NCBI GenBank assembly: GCA_964531785.1
Contig: CAZHFF010000004.1
Coordinates: 1,169-65,168, forward strand
Direction of reading: 5' to 3'
From: an uncultured Candidatus Saccharibacteria bacterium
Lineage (GTDB): Bacteria; Patescibacteriota; Minisyncoccia; Phycocordibacterales; UBA12088
Length of the DNA: 64,000 nt
Part shown: in pieces, positions 25,301-33,960 of the stretch
Layout of the letters: every line of letters starts with the position of its first letter
How positions within the stretch are numbered: position 1 is the stretch's first letter
The notes under the pieces: generated by a model
What the model was told of the DNA's origin: nothing
The model's database searches: none
Seen by the model: only the letters and a program-made list of their open reading frames with translations
Program-made: the position numbers and the translations under genes

Positions 25301-27068
25301 GAAAATGGTGACGGTGACGGTCAACGGGTTTCCCGTTACCGTCCCGGTAGGAAGTGAGTCGATACATGCGATCGAGCAGGCTGGCTTCACGGTGCCCATG
25401 GGGTGCCGTGTCGAAGGTCTGCCTCCGCTCGGTCGCTGCAGACTCTGCACGATCGATGTTGGAAAACGGGATCCAGTCTGCGCATGTGAAACAAAAGTTA
25501 CGGACGGTATGGCGATCAAAACCGATACGGCTGCGATCCATACCGGCCGCAAACAGACCATGCGCGGGATCCTTTCTGATCACCTGGCGGAGAACGACTG
25601 CACACTGTGCCAAAAGCACGGCAAGTGCGGACTACTCGACCTTGCTCGTCGGTGTGGGATGGCCGAAGAAGAAATTCCACACAAAAAGAGAAAGACTGTG
25701 GCGCGTAAACTGGATCGGTCTACCGGTGCTATACGTTTTGATCCAACGAGCTGCATCAAGTGTGGCAAGTGCGTTCAAGTTTGTAGCGAGATCCAAAAGA
25801 TCGGCGTGTTCGGGGTGTTTGGTCGTGGTAACAACCTCACGGTGGGGCCACCGCCAGGCATGACCATGCACGAGGCCGGCTGCATCGCTTGTGGTCAGTG
25901 CACGTTAGAGTGCCCTGTTGCGGGAGTGACGGGCGACACGCATCGTCCGGAGATCTTCAAGGCCTTCGCCGACAGGTCCAAGACTGTCGTGATACAGATC
26001 GCTCCTGCGTTCCGCGTAGCGCTTGGCGAAATGTTCGGCATGGGCACCCAGGAGGTTACGGGCAAGATAAACACTGCATTGCGTTTGCTTGCCGGCCAGT
26101 TCGGCAACACCAATATCGTGATCGGTGACACGTTACCGTTCGCTGATCTTGTTGCAGCGGGTGAGGCGTTCGAGCTCATTGAGCGCATCAAACACGGTGG
26201 CAAGTTGCCGATCTTCACGTCCTGTTGCCCGGCTTGGGTACGGTACGTGGAGCTTCATGCATCGGACTTGATTCCCCATCTCTCGACCATGGTCTCACCA
26301 ATGCAAGCGTTCGGTGCGGCCGTAAAGATGTGGTGGGCTTCCAAAATGGGACTCGACCCCAAGGACGTTGTCGTCATGTTCGCTGGGCCATGTACCGCGA
26401 AGAAACAAGAGGCACGAAGGCCTGAACTTCACGGTATGGTCGACTTCGCATTCACGACGCGTGGCCTCGCAGCTGCGCTTCATCACCGCGGTATCGACCT
26501 TGCACGACTTCCGGAGACGCCGACGGATGCACCGTTCGCGATACACTCTGGAGCGGCTCCGATATTTGGGTTCCAGTGTGGCGTAGGTACGGCTGCGTTT
26601 AGAGCTGCTGCACACTTCCTCGGTGAGAAAGTATTGCCGCAGCCGGTGTTCGTGCCGGTTCCTGGTATGCCTGGTGTCATGGAAGCCACGATAGTCTTGT
26701 GCGGCACCGCTTACCACGTAGCCGCAGTGAGCGGCATTGGGAATGTTGGTCCTGTGCTTGAGCAGGTCAGAAATGGTACGACCAAGTACGCAGCCATTGA
26801 GGTTATGACCTGTCCGGGCAAGGTAGACCCACTTACGAACGAGTACAAACGCGGTGGGTGTATCAATGGCGGTGGTCAACCACAGCCAGATGAACGACGT
26901 ACACTTGAACGGCGCCACGAATTATTACGGCATAGTGATGCCGTGCGTCCAGTCGAGACGCGTACGTCGAACACCGTTCCGCTCGTTGAGGAGATCGTGA
27001 AAGACCTGGGCGGGTACGAGAGCCTGGCGTTTCAAGAGCTCTTTCATACCCACTATGGACTCCATTGA
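25290..27068 (+). CDS. hydA: [FeFe]-hydrogenase catalytic subunit (M3-type domain layout)
   Basis: N-terminal 2Fe-2S domain, CTLCQKHGKC, two ferredoxin motifs CIKCGKCVQVC and CIACGQCTLECP. H-cluster motifs FTSCCPAW (L1), GPCTAKKQE (L2), EVMTCPG...GGCINGGGQP (L3, with insertion). Overlaps upstream gene by 11 nt. Confidence 0.85.
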   Translation: MPNEKMVTVTVNGFPVTVPVGSESIHAIEQAGFTVPMGCRVEGLPPLGRCRLCTIDVGKRDPVCACETKVTDGMAIKTDTAAIHTGRKQTMRGILSDHLAENDCTLCQKHGKCGLLDLARRCGMAEEEIPHKKRKTVARKLDRSTGAIRFDPTSCIKCGKCVQVCSEIQKIGVFGVFGRGNNLTVGPPPGMTMHEAGCIACGQCTLECPVAGVTGDTHRPEIFKAFADRSKTVVIQIAPAFRVALGEMFGMGTQEVTGKINTALRLLAGQFGNTNIVIGDTLPFADLVAAGEAFELIERIKHGGKLPIFTSCCPAWVRYVELHASDLIPHLSTMVSPMQAFGAAVKMWWASKMGLDPKDVVVMFAGPCTAKKQEARRPELHGMVDFAFTTRGLAAALHHRGIDLARLPETPTDAPFAIHSGAAPIFGFQCGVGTAAFRAAAHFLGEKVLPQPVFVPVPGMPGVMEATIVLCGTAYHVAAVSGIGNVGPVLEQVRNGTTKYAAIEVMTCPGKVDPLTNEYKRGGCINGGGQPQPDERRTLERRHELLRHSDAVRPVETRTSNTVPLVEEIVKDLGGYESLAFQELFHTHYGLH

Positions 27069-27080
27069 TCTCTGTTCTTT

Positions 27081-27115
27081 ACCCGGTCCCCCTCCACAAG
27101 GGACCGGGTTTTTCT
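27081..27115 (+). terminator. Rho-independent terminator of hydrogenase operon
   Basis: ACCCGGTCCC-cctccacaa-GGGACCGGGT followed by TTTTTC. Confidence 0.85.
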
Positions 27116-27128
27116 ATACGTATACATA

Positions 27129-27153
27129 GAACCGCCGGCAGGTGCCGGCGGTT
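27129..27153 (-). terminator. Hairpin downstream of 27180..27716
   Basis: AACCGCCGGCA-gg-TGCCGGCGGTT palindrome; minus sense followed by TTCTATGTAT (weak U tract). Confidence 0.5.
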
Positions 27154-27179
27154 CCCACAGATCGTCTTTGGAATAATAC

Positions 27180-27716
27180 TTAAACCTTTTTCAGTACCTT
27201 GAGCACTGACACTGCAAGCAAGCCACCCAGGAGTGCGGTGATAAGCTGTGGCATGCCCATGGCGGTTTGAAGTGCAAGGTGCAGTTGCTGTGGCACGAGT
27301 GTGGTCATCACGAACAGTACGGTGCCGAACAGAAAGCCGAACTTCAGGACCGCCGCAAGCGCTACGGCGCCTCCTAGGGTACGCCTCCATGCTAGGTGGA
27401 ATGCAAGCACCAGTACCGCATTCCCGAGCATGATGAATGGCACCATGGGAGCAAGTGCTACGGGCAGTGTGCCGCTAACAAGTGCAATGGGGGATGGTAT
27501 GAGTGCCAAGAAGAGCGCTGCCGATGGCCCGAGAAGTACGGTGCTCACAAAAAGCACGGCATTCACGATCGGTCCGACCACCCACTGTGAGTTCACAAGG
27601 AGGGGTACGACCGATGAGACGATCGCAAGCATTGCGAATAACCCGATCTGTGCCATCGTCTGTGTATCTACGGCGACGGTGGGAGCCGTGAGGGTCTTTG
27701 TCTCGAACATAGGCAA
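27180..27716 (-). CDS. Integral membrane protein, 5-6 TM (ECF S-component-like, uncertain)
   Basis: Almost entirely hydrophobic helices; no diagnostic motif; function call is a guess from size and topology. Confidence 0.6.
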   Translation of the reverse strand: MPMFETKTLTAPTVAVDTQTMAQIGLFAMLAIVSSVVPLLVNSQWVVGPIVNAVLFVSTVLLGPSAALFLALIPSPIALVSGTLPVALAPMVPFIMLGNAVLVLAFHLAWRRTLGGAVALAAVLKFGFLFGTVLFVMTTLVPQQLHLALQTAMGMPQLITALLGGLLAVSVLKVLKKV

Positions 27717-27996
27717 AGTTCTTAAACTAATAAAACGGCCAAAAAGGACCGCCAGACCTAACTATACTACTACTTTTGCGCATGTAAAGGCCAATGCGTT
27801 GAGTGATCGACCCGTCGTTGCCAACCACACGCCTGGGCGTATATAGCACGCCTTTTCACCGAAATTACGTTGTTATTCCGGGAGTGTGTGGCATAACTAC
27901 CAAGGACACTGATGAGTGTCAGGAGTTTGAAATAATACTTACCCCGCGGCCCTGCACCGGGGTTTGTGATTGTGATGTTGTACCTGCCCATGAATT

Positions 27997-28640
27997 CTAC
28001 CCTGAACTGCAACTGATCTCTTGATACACTTCCGCAGGTGTCCGCCAGGAGAGAGACTCGCGCGGCGTATGATTCATGAGATCGATCACCGCATCGAGGT
28101 CCTGTTGGTTATGGTACTAATATCAAATTGTTTCGGAAAGACCCGGCGAAGCCTACCGTTGGTATTCTCATTCTTTCCGCGTTGCCAAGGATGGTGCGCT
28201 TCTGCAAAGAAGACCTGCGCCGGTGTGGCCTTTCGTTCAGGAACTCATCGAGGCGGGCATACAGATCCGCATGGCGCGACCCGACCTGTGGCGGACTCAC
28301 GAGCGCACGCTGTGAGATCGCGCGAGATGCTGATCGCGTACTTCGAATCGACGATGCTGCGATACCGATCGACCCCCGTGTCGCTATGTTGTGCGGTTTG
28401 GTCGGGTCCGACCCGCTCCAGCGTGCCTCGGAGGGCAGATCCATAGCCTTCATTGCTGAGGCGGATGCGGACCGTGCCCTGGCGATCTGCCGGTCGTGCA
28501 GTGTATCGGACGTTGCGCGGGGTGCTGCGATCATAGCGACCGTCTGCGAGCGCGGAAACGCGGTCATTAAGAGCTCGGTATTTGGGACCGAATCCTATCT
28601 GACCATGCCGACCGCTGATCAGTTCCCGCGGATCTGTTGA
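27997..28640 (-). pseudogene. Decayed IS30-family transposase (C-terminal DDE region, several frameshifts/stops)
   Basis: Own three-frame reading of minus strand. VFFAEAHHPWQRGKNENTNGRLRRVFPKQFDIS matches the IS30 signature PWQRGxNENTNG. After a frameshift with two stops comes QQDLDAVIDLMNHTPRESLSWRTPAEVYQE (IS30 tail LNxRPRKxLgxxTPxEVf). Upstream frames are only weakly IS30-like. Confidence 0.7.
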
Positions 28641-28667
28641 GCAACGTGCAAGTTCCTTTGATTGGCA

Positions 28668-28701
28668 ACGGGCGTCAGGCGTACCTGGCGCCCGTTTTTA
28701 T
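28668..28701 (+). terminator. Strong hairpin + T5 with no plus-strand gene upstream
   Basis: ACGGGCGTCAGG-cgta-CCTGGCGCCCGT (12 bp, one G-U) followed by TTTTTAT. Confidence 0.5.
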
Positions 28702-28743
28702 ACATGTCCATCGGCCATGAACACTAAACACCATGAACAGGAA

Positions 28744-28765
28744 GCGGCCGCTTGGTAGCGGCCGC
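28744..28765 (-). terminator. GC hairpin 8 nt downstream of the 53-aa ORF
   Basis: GCGGCCGCT-tggt-AGCGGCCGC; minus sense followed by TTCCTGTTCA (weak U tract). Confidence 0.45.
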
Positions 28766-28772
28766 AAGAATT

Positions 28773-28934
28773 CTAGTCCCATTTCTCCGTGTATAGCCGG
28801 GTCATTTCGGGCCCGACCGGGACCAGGTCGAGCTCCTCTTGGTCGCCTCGGGGCGGCACCGCGATAACCCAGGCGTGCATCTCCCTACTGTTTTGGTTTT
28901 GTTCTGGTTCGTGCTTGACGGTCTGTTGGGTCAT
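28773..28934 (-). CDS. 53-aa hypothetical acidic protein (below ORF-track cutoff)
   Basis: Own translation MTQQTVKHEPEQNQNSREMHAWVIAVPPRGDQEELDLVPVGPEMTRLYTEKWD; RBS AGGGG 7 nt upstream; promoter and hairpin present. Confidence 0.5.
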   Translation of the reverse strand: MTQQTVKHEPEQNQNSREMHAWVIAVPPRGDQEELDLVPVGPEMTRLYTEKWD

Positions 28935-28964
28935 CACACACCCCTATTGGTTGCTTCATGGCCT

Positions 28965-28992
28965 ACTGTACAACTTTGCGACTGAATGTCAA
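28965..28992 (-). promoter_or_regulatory. Candidate promoter of the 53-aa ORF
   Basis: Minus sense TTGACA (28992-28987), 16-nt spacer, TACAGT (28970-28965). Confidence 0.5.
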
Positions 28993-29019
28993 TGCCCAAG
29001 TACTGACGCACTCTCTTGG

Positions 29020-29047
29020 TTGCGTATGAGCAAAAAAGTGTTATAAT
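29020..29047 (+). promoter_or_regulatory. Extended -10 promoter of the 491-aa orphan gene
   Basis: TTGCGT (29020-29025), 16-nt spacer ending TGT, TATAAT (29042-29047). Confidence 0.6.
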
Positions 29048-29104
29048 AGCATCGAATTCTCGACTCAGTGGAGCTCGAGAACAGCTCGTTGAAAGGATAC
29101 AGAG

Positions 29105-30580
29105 ATGAACATATTTGATATGCCGCCGTGGGCAGCGCTTTCGGGGCCGCCCAAAGTACGGTTTGGTCCTGGGTACTCCGTTAAGGAGGGACAGCAGCGC
29201 CTGCGAGAGTTGCTGGACCTGTTCCGTTACACGCCAGCCGACTACACTGGCGTCATCATCGGTGCGGCACAGGAAACGGCCCAGGCCGTGCCGACCAGTC
29301 TCCTGCTGCTTGACGGCGCAGTACCTTCGGTGGTTGCAGCCGCAATGATCCTGCGCATGCTCGGTCTTGGGAGGATAGGACTCCTCTGCACGCCTGCGGA
29401 TATTGCTGAGATCTGCTCGGGCTCGGAGTTCAAGGGTGCGAGTAAGCTCGAACGCTTGATGTCACACCGTCTTGTGCACCAGTTCTACGACCAGGTCGCG
29501 TACAAGCTTAATATCGAGCTTGATTGGCCGCACTTGGTGACACGAAGCGGGCTGTTGCGCCTGCTGGACAAGCTCGAGATCGAGCTCGTGAGCACTGATC
29601 CCAAGATACAGCACGAGCTGCAGTGCGGACCCATGATGGACTTTTTGGTGCATCGGTTAGAGGGTACGCACAGCATCTCTGAGCGCCTTAAGGAGGAGAC
29701 GAAAACGGGAAACTTGCACGACTGCGCGCGTACGCTCCTCGAGGATGCTGAGAAGCAGAACCTCTGGCGCGCAGCTGCCAGAACCGCGCTCCAGCTCGGT
29801 GGCTGGACGATGTGCCTCGGCGGTAGGGCGTACAAGACCAAGGACGTTGCGACGGCGGCGCTCGTGGCGATGCGACAACCTGGAGAAGGGCTGTCAAGCC
29901 ACCAGATCATGGCGCGGCGGATGCTCGGGCCGGACAAACAAGGGGTAATCTTTGTCACAGACCCTGCCTACGACCCCAAGAGCACGGTCGCGAAGCGCGT
30001 CGCCTCGACCGCATTCTGTGCGGAACTGCTCAACATGATCGTCGAGTATGCGGTGATCCTCGGCTTACCCCCGGCGATCCACTATGCTGCGCCGTTCACG
30101 TTCTCGACGAACGGCAGTGCCGACGACGAGCACGTGGGCGACCAGAGGTTGGTCGCAGAACAGATCGTCAAGCTCGTTGACATGCCCTACGTCAAAGGGC
30201 ACTGGTCGACGGTGCAGATCGATGCGGCACTCGAGCTCGTGCTCGACAGTCTCATGGACGAGCGGAAGCTCGAACCGCACCTCCAGGGTGCGTTCGGCCT
30301 GCTTACGGCAAAGAGCGTGGTGTCGGGCAATAGCCTGATCAAAGCGCTCGGTCTCATGCGGGCACTATTCGATCGGGCAGGACCGGCGTCGCACTTCATC
30401 AGTGCCGATCCAAATGACCCGTGGGGCGGCAGACCGTGTCCCCTGGGCGACCTCTCGCGAGCAGATGGTGTGCTCGATATCGTACTTGCGGCCGCTGCGA
30501 TGATCGTTTACCAAGTGGTGCACGATTTTGCGGCTCGTGAGCAGATCCGACAACGGCTGCGCAGGAGGTTTGCCTACTAG
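29105..30580 (+). CDS. 491-aa hypothetical protein, no recognisable family
   Basis: Long uninterrupted frame with host-like codon look, consensus promoter, RBS AAAGGA, terminator at 30657. I could find no nucleotide-binding, catalytic or TM motif. Confidence 0.75.
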   Translation: MNIFDMPPWAALSGPPKVRFGPGYSVKEGQQRLRELLDLFRYTPADYTGVIIGAAQETAQAVPTSLLLLDGAVPSVVAAAMILRMLGLGRIGLLCTPADIAEICSGSEFKGASKLERLMSHRLVHQFYDQVAYKLNIELDWPHLVTRSGLLRLLDKLEIELVSTDPKIQHELQCGPMMDFLVHRLEGTHSISERLKEETKTGNLHDCARTLLEDAEKQNLWRAAARTALQLGGWTMCLGGRAYKTKDVATAALVAMRQPGEGLSSHQIMARRMLGPDKQGVIFVTDPAYDPKSTVAKRVASTAFCAELLNMIVEYAVILGLPPAIHYAAPFTFSTNGSADDEHVGDQRLVAEQIVKLVDMPYVKGHWSTVQIDAALELVLDSLMDERKLEPHLQGAFGLLTAKSVVSGNSLIKALGLMRALFDRAGPASHFISADPNDPWGGRPCPLGDLSRADGVLDIVLAAAAMIVYQVVHDFAAREQIRQRLRRRFAY

Positions 30581-30656
30581 CGTTCGGCTTCATGTTCTGG
30601 GAGAATAGTTTTTTGGGAGGAAACGACAAGAAGGTACGTAAAGTACCGTAGAGCAT

Positions 30657-30680
30657 GGGCGCCAAGAAGGCGCCTTTTGC
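30657..30680 (+). terminator. Rho-independent terminator
   Basis: GGCGCC-aagaa-GGCGCC followed by TTTTGC; T tract overlaps the ackA -35. Confidence 0.65.
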
Positions 30681-30705
30681 ATAAGCCAACGCTATGTGGT
30701 ATAAT
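30677..30705 (+). promoter_or_regulatory. Extended -10 promoter of ackA
   Basis: TTGCAT (30677-30682), 17-nt spacer ending TGG, TATAAT (30700-30705). Confidence 0.7.
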
Positions 30706-30770
30706 ATCTAGCAGTAGTTCCCTGCCGTAGCAACGACAGGTTTGAAAAATGACCCTGAAAGGAGGGCGTG

Positions 30771-31970
30771 ATGCCTGGTAAATTGATCCTGGTCGTGAAC
30801 GCCGGCAGCAGCTCGCTTAAATATGCGATCTACATGCTCTGCGCCGACCAAACGCTTATGCTTGTGGCGTACGGCTGTTTCGAATACGAGCCGAGCGGCG
30901 CGGTGCTTCGATGGCTGCACAAGGCCGGGCCAGCCGACGCGAAAGAACGTCCGGTCGCCAGCCTTGATCGGGCGTCAAGCCTGAACGCTCTTTTTGAGCT
31001 GGTTGGCGAGGTCGATGCGGTGGTCCATCGCATCGTCATGGGTCGCGGGAAGCACCTGCGCCCGTTCGTGATCGATACGGAAGCTATGATCGAGCTGGAG
31101 AAGCTCATACCGCTTGCGCCACTCCACCAGCCTCATAACCTGCGGCCTGTGCGCATCCTTAAGGAACTTCGGCCCACGCTCCTGCAGATCGGCAGTCCGG
31201 ACAACGGCTTCCACCGTACGATCCGCGGATACCGGAAGCGGCTTGCGGTTTCGGCGAAGTGGCACCATCGAGGAGTCATGAAGCACGGCTGGCACGGCCA
31301 CTCGTTTGAGTTCGTTGCCAAACGTGCAATTGATATCGTTCCAAAGGCCAAGCGCATCGTTATTGCTCACCTTGGGTCCGGTGCGAGTCTCTGCGCGGTG
31401 AAGGACGGTAGAAGCGTCGACACCACGATGACGTTCACGCCGCTGGCGGGCCTTCCGGGCAGTACCCGGTCGGGAAGTCTCGATGCCGCCGCGGTATTGT
31501 TCATGATCCGCGAACTTCGCAAGGAACGCGCCGCTGCTTCGCTTGACGCACTCGTAAAAGAGGTCGAGACCGACCTCTGGAAACGGTCAGGCCTCCTCGG
31601 GATCGGTGGCGAAGAGGGCGACATGCGCAAGCTGCTTGCCTCCAAAAACCGGAAGGCCAAGCTTGCCGTGAATGTCTTTTGCTTGAGTGTTGCACAGCAG
31701 ATCGCGATGATGTATGCGACCCTTGGCGGGATCGATGCACTCGTCTTCACCGGTGGCATTGGTGAGCGTTCACCCATCGTGAGGAAGAAGATCCTTGGGC
31801 ACGTGCGGGGTCTTGGACTCGAGCTTGACGCGGCGGCGAACAATGCGAACGCACTGAGCATTGGCCTCACGCCGAACAAGATCCTCGTCATCAGGACGAA
31901 CGAGGAGCTCGTCATGGCGCGCGCCGCTGTTTCGTTTTTTGAGCAGGACACAGCTCGTTCTGCTGCATAA
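30771..31970 (+). CDS. ackA: Acetate kinase
   Basis: LVVNAGSSSLKY N-terminal signature, HRIVMG, PLHQPHN, HLGSGASLCAV, FTGGIGE. ATG 30771 preferred over the track's GTG 30768 (RBS AGGAGG). Confidence 0.9.
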   Translation: MPGKLILVVNAGSSSLKYAIYMLCADQTLMLVAYGCFEYEPSGAVLRWLHKAGPADAKERPVASLDRASSLNALFELVGEVDAVVHRIVMGRGKHLRPFVIDTEAMIELEKLIPLAPLHQPHNLRPVRILKELRPTLLQIGSPDNGFHRTIRGYRKRLAVSAKWHHRGVMKHGWHGHSFEFVAKRAIDIVPKAKRIVIAHLGSGASLCAVKDGRSVDTTMTFTPLAGLPGSTRSGSLDAAAVLFMIRELRKERAAASLDALVKEVETDLWKRSGLLGIGGEEGDMRKLLASKNRKAKLAVNVFCLSVAQQIAMMYATLGGIDALVFTGGIGERSPIVRKKILGHVRGLGLELDAAANNANALSIGLTPNKILVIRTNEELVMARAAVSFFEQDTARSAA

Positions 31971-31974
31971 CCAC

Positions 31975-32015
31975 CAGGCCGCTTTCCCGTAGGAAGCGGC
32001 CTGTTTCATTATTTA
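31975..32015 (+). terminator. Rho-independent terminator of ackA
   Basis: CAGGCCGCTT-tcccgtagg-AAGCGGCCTG followed by TTTCATTATTT. Confidence 0.8.
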
Positions 32016-32035
32016 CGGAACCTGCTTACTAGTAG

Positions 32036-32413
32036 CTACGCGGCTTCGCGTATGTCCTGTTCGTGTTCTGTGCCGTCCTCTGTGTGCTTCTGAGCAGCCT
32101 CTACTGCCAACTCTTCCTGCAGTAGCTGCTCATTGCGCTCGCGCTCGCGTCGCATTTTTTCAAGGTCGGTGTACGTTGGGAACGCATGCTCAGGGTGCTC
32201 GTGTGCTAGGACCTCATCAAACATGCCGGGCGTCGCTAGTGTGGTGCCTTGTAGCGCTTCTTCGACCGATAGCTCATTGTAAGCCTTGTGTTTTTCTGCG
32301 ATGGTGCCTCGCAACGCCTCTTCGTCACTGAGCTCAGTGTAGGGGGTGCTACCTTCCGCTATCGTGCCCTTGAGTGCTTCTTCGTCCGACAGCTGTTCAA
32401 AACCGCGTGCCAT
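32036..32413 (-). CDS. Acidic repeat protein, hypothetical
   Basis: Three tandem 20-aa units LSDEEALKGTIAEGSTPYTE / LSDEEALRGTIAEKHKAYNE / LSVEEALQGTTLATPGMFDE, then a Glu-rich helical tail. Confidence 0.6.
   Translation of the reverse strand: MARGFEQLSDEEALKGTIAEGSTPYTELSDEEALRGTIAEKHKAYNELSVEEALQGTTLATPGMFDEVLAHEHPEHAFPTYTDLEKMRRERERNEQLLQEELAVEAAQKHTEDGTEHEQDIREAA
32213..32392 (-). repeat. 3 x 60-nt in-frame tandem repeat
   Basis: Encodes residues 8-67 of 32036..32413; units visibly related at DNA level. Confidence 0.7.
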
Positions 32414-32491
32414 ATTGGTGTATGTTACGTCCGATAATAGAAGCCTTCACTGGCTCGACCTCAGTATACCACAGCGTTAGGATCGCTTACA

Positions 32492-33385
32492 GTGCACACG
32501 TCACACGGCTTCTGTGGTATGGTGCCTAGAGTTGGTATGCGCACCGTGCTCTGGCAATTTGTAGAACCATACAACCTTGTGCTCATGGGCGTGCTTTTGA
32601 TAAGTGGCGCTGCAGCATACCATTACTACAAAGAGCCGGTCGTTGTACCGAAGAGCACGGTTGCCCCGCCGGTCGAAGCAACTGCGCCGACCGTGGCGTG
32701 TGCGGAGCGCACGTTCGCGACGACCACTCGCAACGTTATTCTGCGTGTCGATGATATTCAGGCGTTCGCGTGGGGTTCGGTCGCCAGACTGATGGTCGAA
32801 GATGCGATCAAGAACGGTGCCCCGCTTTCGCTCGCTATCATACCGCCTGATCTACCAAAGGATACGGCACTCATCTCGTTCCTTAAGGAGCGTGAGTGCA
32901 TGCTCGAGTTTGCTCTGCATGGGTATGATAACCTTGAGCCGGAGCCGACCGTGGGTGAGTTTGGCCGTCTCTCGCGCGAAGAAGCCGTCGAGCGTCTCCG
33001 CAAGGGGCTTGCGGTGCTGCGTCCGCTCTCACCCCATGCGGTCACCACTTTCGTGCCGCCGCTCAACCAGAGCAGTGTTGGCACGATAGCCGCGCTTGAT
33101 GAGCTCGGGTTTAAGATCATTTCGTCTGAGGGGGGAGGTAGGTACGATTTTGACACGACCACCTTTGACTTTCACACGGACAAGCTGCGTTCTGTGGAAC
33201 AGGTCGTGCGCGACTGTGAAAATGCGTTCAGTAAGGGCGAGACCGAGTGTGTCGTCATGATCCACCCGCAGGATTTTGTTACGGAGGACGTTCTCGATGA
33301 TGTTAAGTACCGCACGTACCTCGGTGTCATAGAGGAGCTCAAGAAAAAGGACTACTCGTTCGTACGTTTCAGGGACACGCTTTGA
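32492..33385 (+). CDS. Polysaccharide-deacetylase-like protein (DUF2334-style), membrane anchored
   Basis: N-terminal TM; ILRVDDIQAFAW and LAIIPPDL, FALHGYDN pattern of DUF2334/NodB-related proteins. Confidence 0.6.
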   Translation: MHTSHGFCGMVPRVGMRTVLWQFVEPYNLVLMGVLLISGAAAYHYYKEPVVVPKSTVAPPVEATAPTVACAERTFATTTRNVILRVDDIQAFAWGSVARLMVEDAIKNGAPLSLAIIPPDLPKDTALISFLKERECMLEFALHGYDNLEPEPTVGEFGRLSREEAVERLRKGLAVLRPLSPHAVTTFVPPLNQSSVGTIAALDELGFKIISSEGGGRYDFDTTTFDFHTDKLRSVEQVVRDCENAFSKGETECVVMIHPQDFVTEDVLDDVKYRTYLGVIEELKKKDYSFVRFRDTL

Positions 33386-33504
33386 GTTATTGATCATTTA
33401 TATTTCCACAGGCGTCATGTCCGAACGCTTCGTACTTGCACGGTGTTGTGCTAGTGTGTAGCACTCACGCGTGGCGTGGGCTTATACAGCGTAAGCATCA
33501 CACA

Positions 33505-33897
33505 ATGGACCAGAACATTGTCTCGCAGGCCGAGTATGACGGCTGCAAGGGGTGGGGGTTGTGGACGGGTATCGACCTCCACAACTGTGATAAGGAGATC
33601 ATTACCGACGCGGACAGAATACGAAGCTTCGTATACGAGCTGTGCGATAGGATCGGCATGCGTAGGTTCGGTGAGTGTGTGGTCGTAGACTTTGGAGAAG
33701 ACCCCGCGGTATCAGGTTTTTCGATGACCCAGCTTATTGAGACCTCGCTCATATCCGCGCACTTTGTAAACCAGAACGGGAACGTATACCTTGATATCTT
33801 TTCCTGCAAGTACTACGATGCACCGGTCGCGGCTGCATTCGCTGCCGAATTCTTTAAGGCACAAGACTATACGCTTAGAAGCGTTATTCGTAAGTAG
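33505..33897 (+). CDS. speD: S-adenosylmethionine decarboxylase proenzyme (small class 1b type)
   Basis: Size ~130 aa, self-processing-type site LIETSLISAHF (canonical ETSH), DIFSCKYYD. Start moved to Met24 of the track ORF. Confidence 0.65.
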   Translation: MDQNIVSQAEYDGCKGWGLWTGIDLHNCDKEIITDADRIRSFVYELCDRIGMRRFGECVVVDFGEDPAVSGFSMTQLIETSLISAHFVNQNGNVYLDIFSCKYYDAPVAAAFAAEFFKAQDYTLRSVIRK

Positions 33898-33910
33898 CGG
33901 CACACGTGCT

Positions 33911-33936
33911 ACAGGCCGGTCATTCGACCGGCCTGT
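33911..33936. terminator. 11-bp hairpin between convergent genes (no clear U tract)
   Basis: ACAGGCCGGTC-attc-GACCGGCCTGT. Confidence 0.4.
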
Positions 33937-33960
33937 GCTCTTGCCGACTTGCGTTTCACG

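Noticed and set aside
28021-28640. Track ORFs 28021..28446(+), 28128..28640(+) and 28109..28567(-) as real genes
   Set aside because: They are compositionally odd and mutually overlapping. The minus strand read across three frames gives IS30 transposase signatures interrupted by stops, so these are frames of a pseudogene.
28789-29046. 85-aa plus-strand ORF
   Set aside because: It runs through the promoter of the 491-aa gene and lies antisense to a better-supported 53-aa ORF that has an RBS. It has no RBS of its own.
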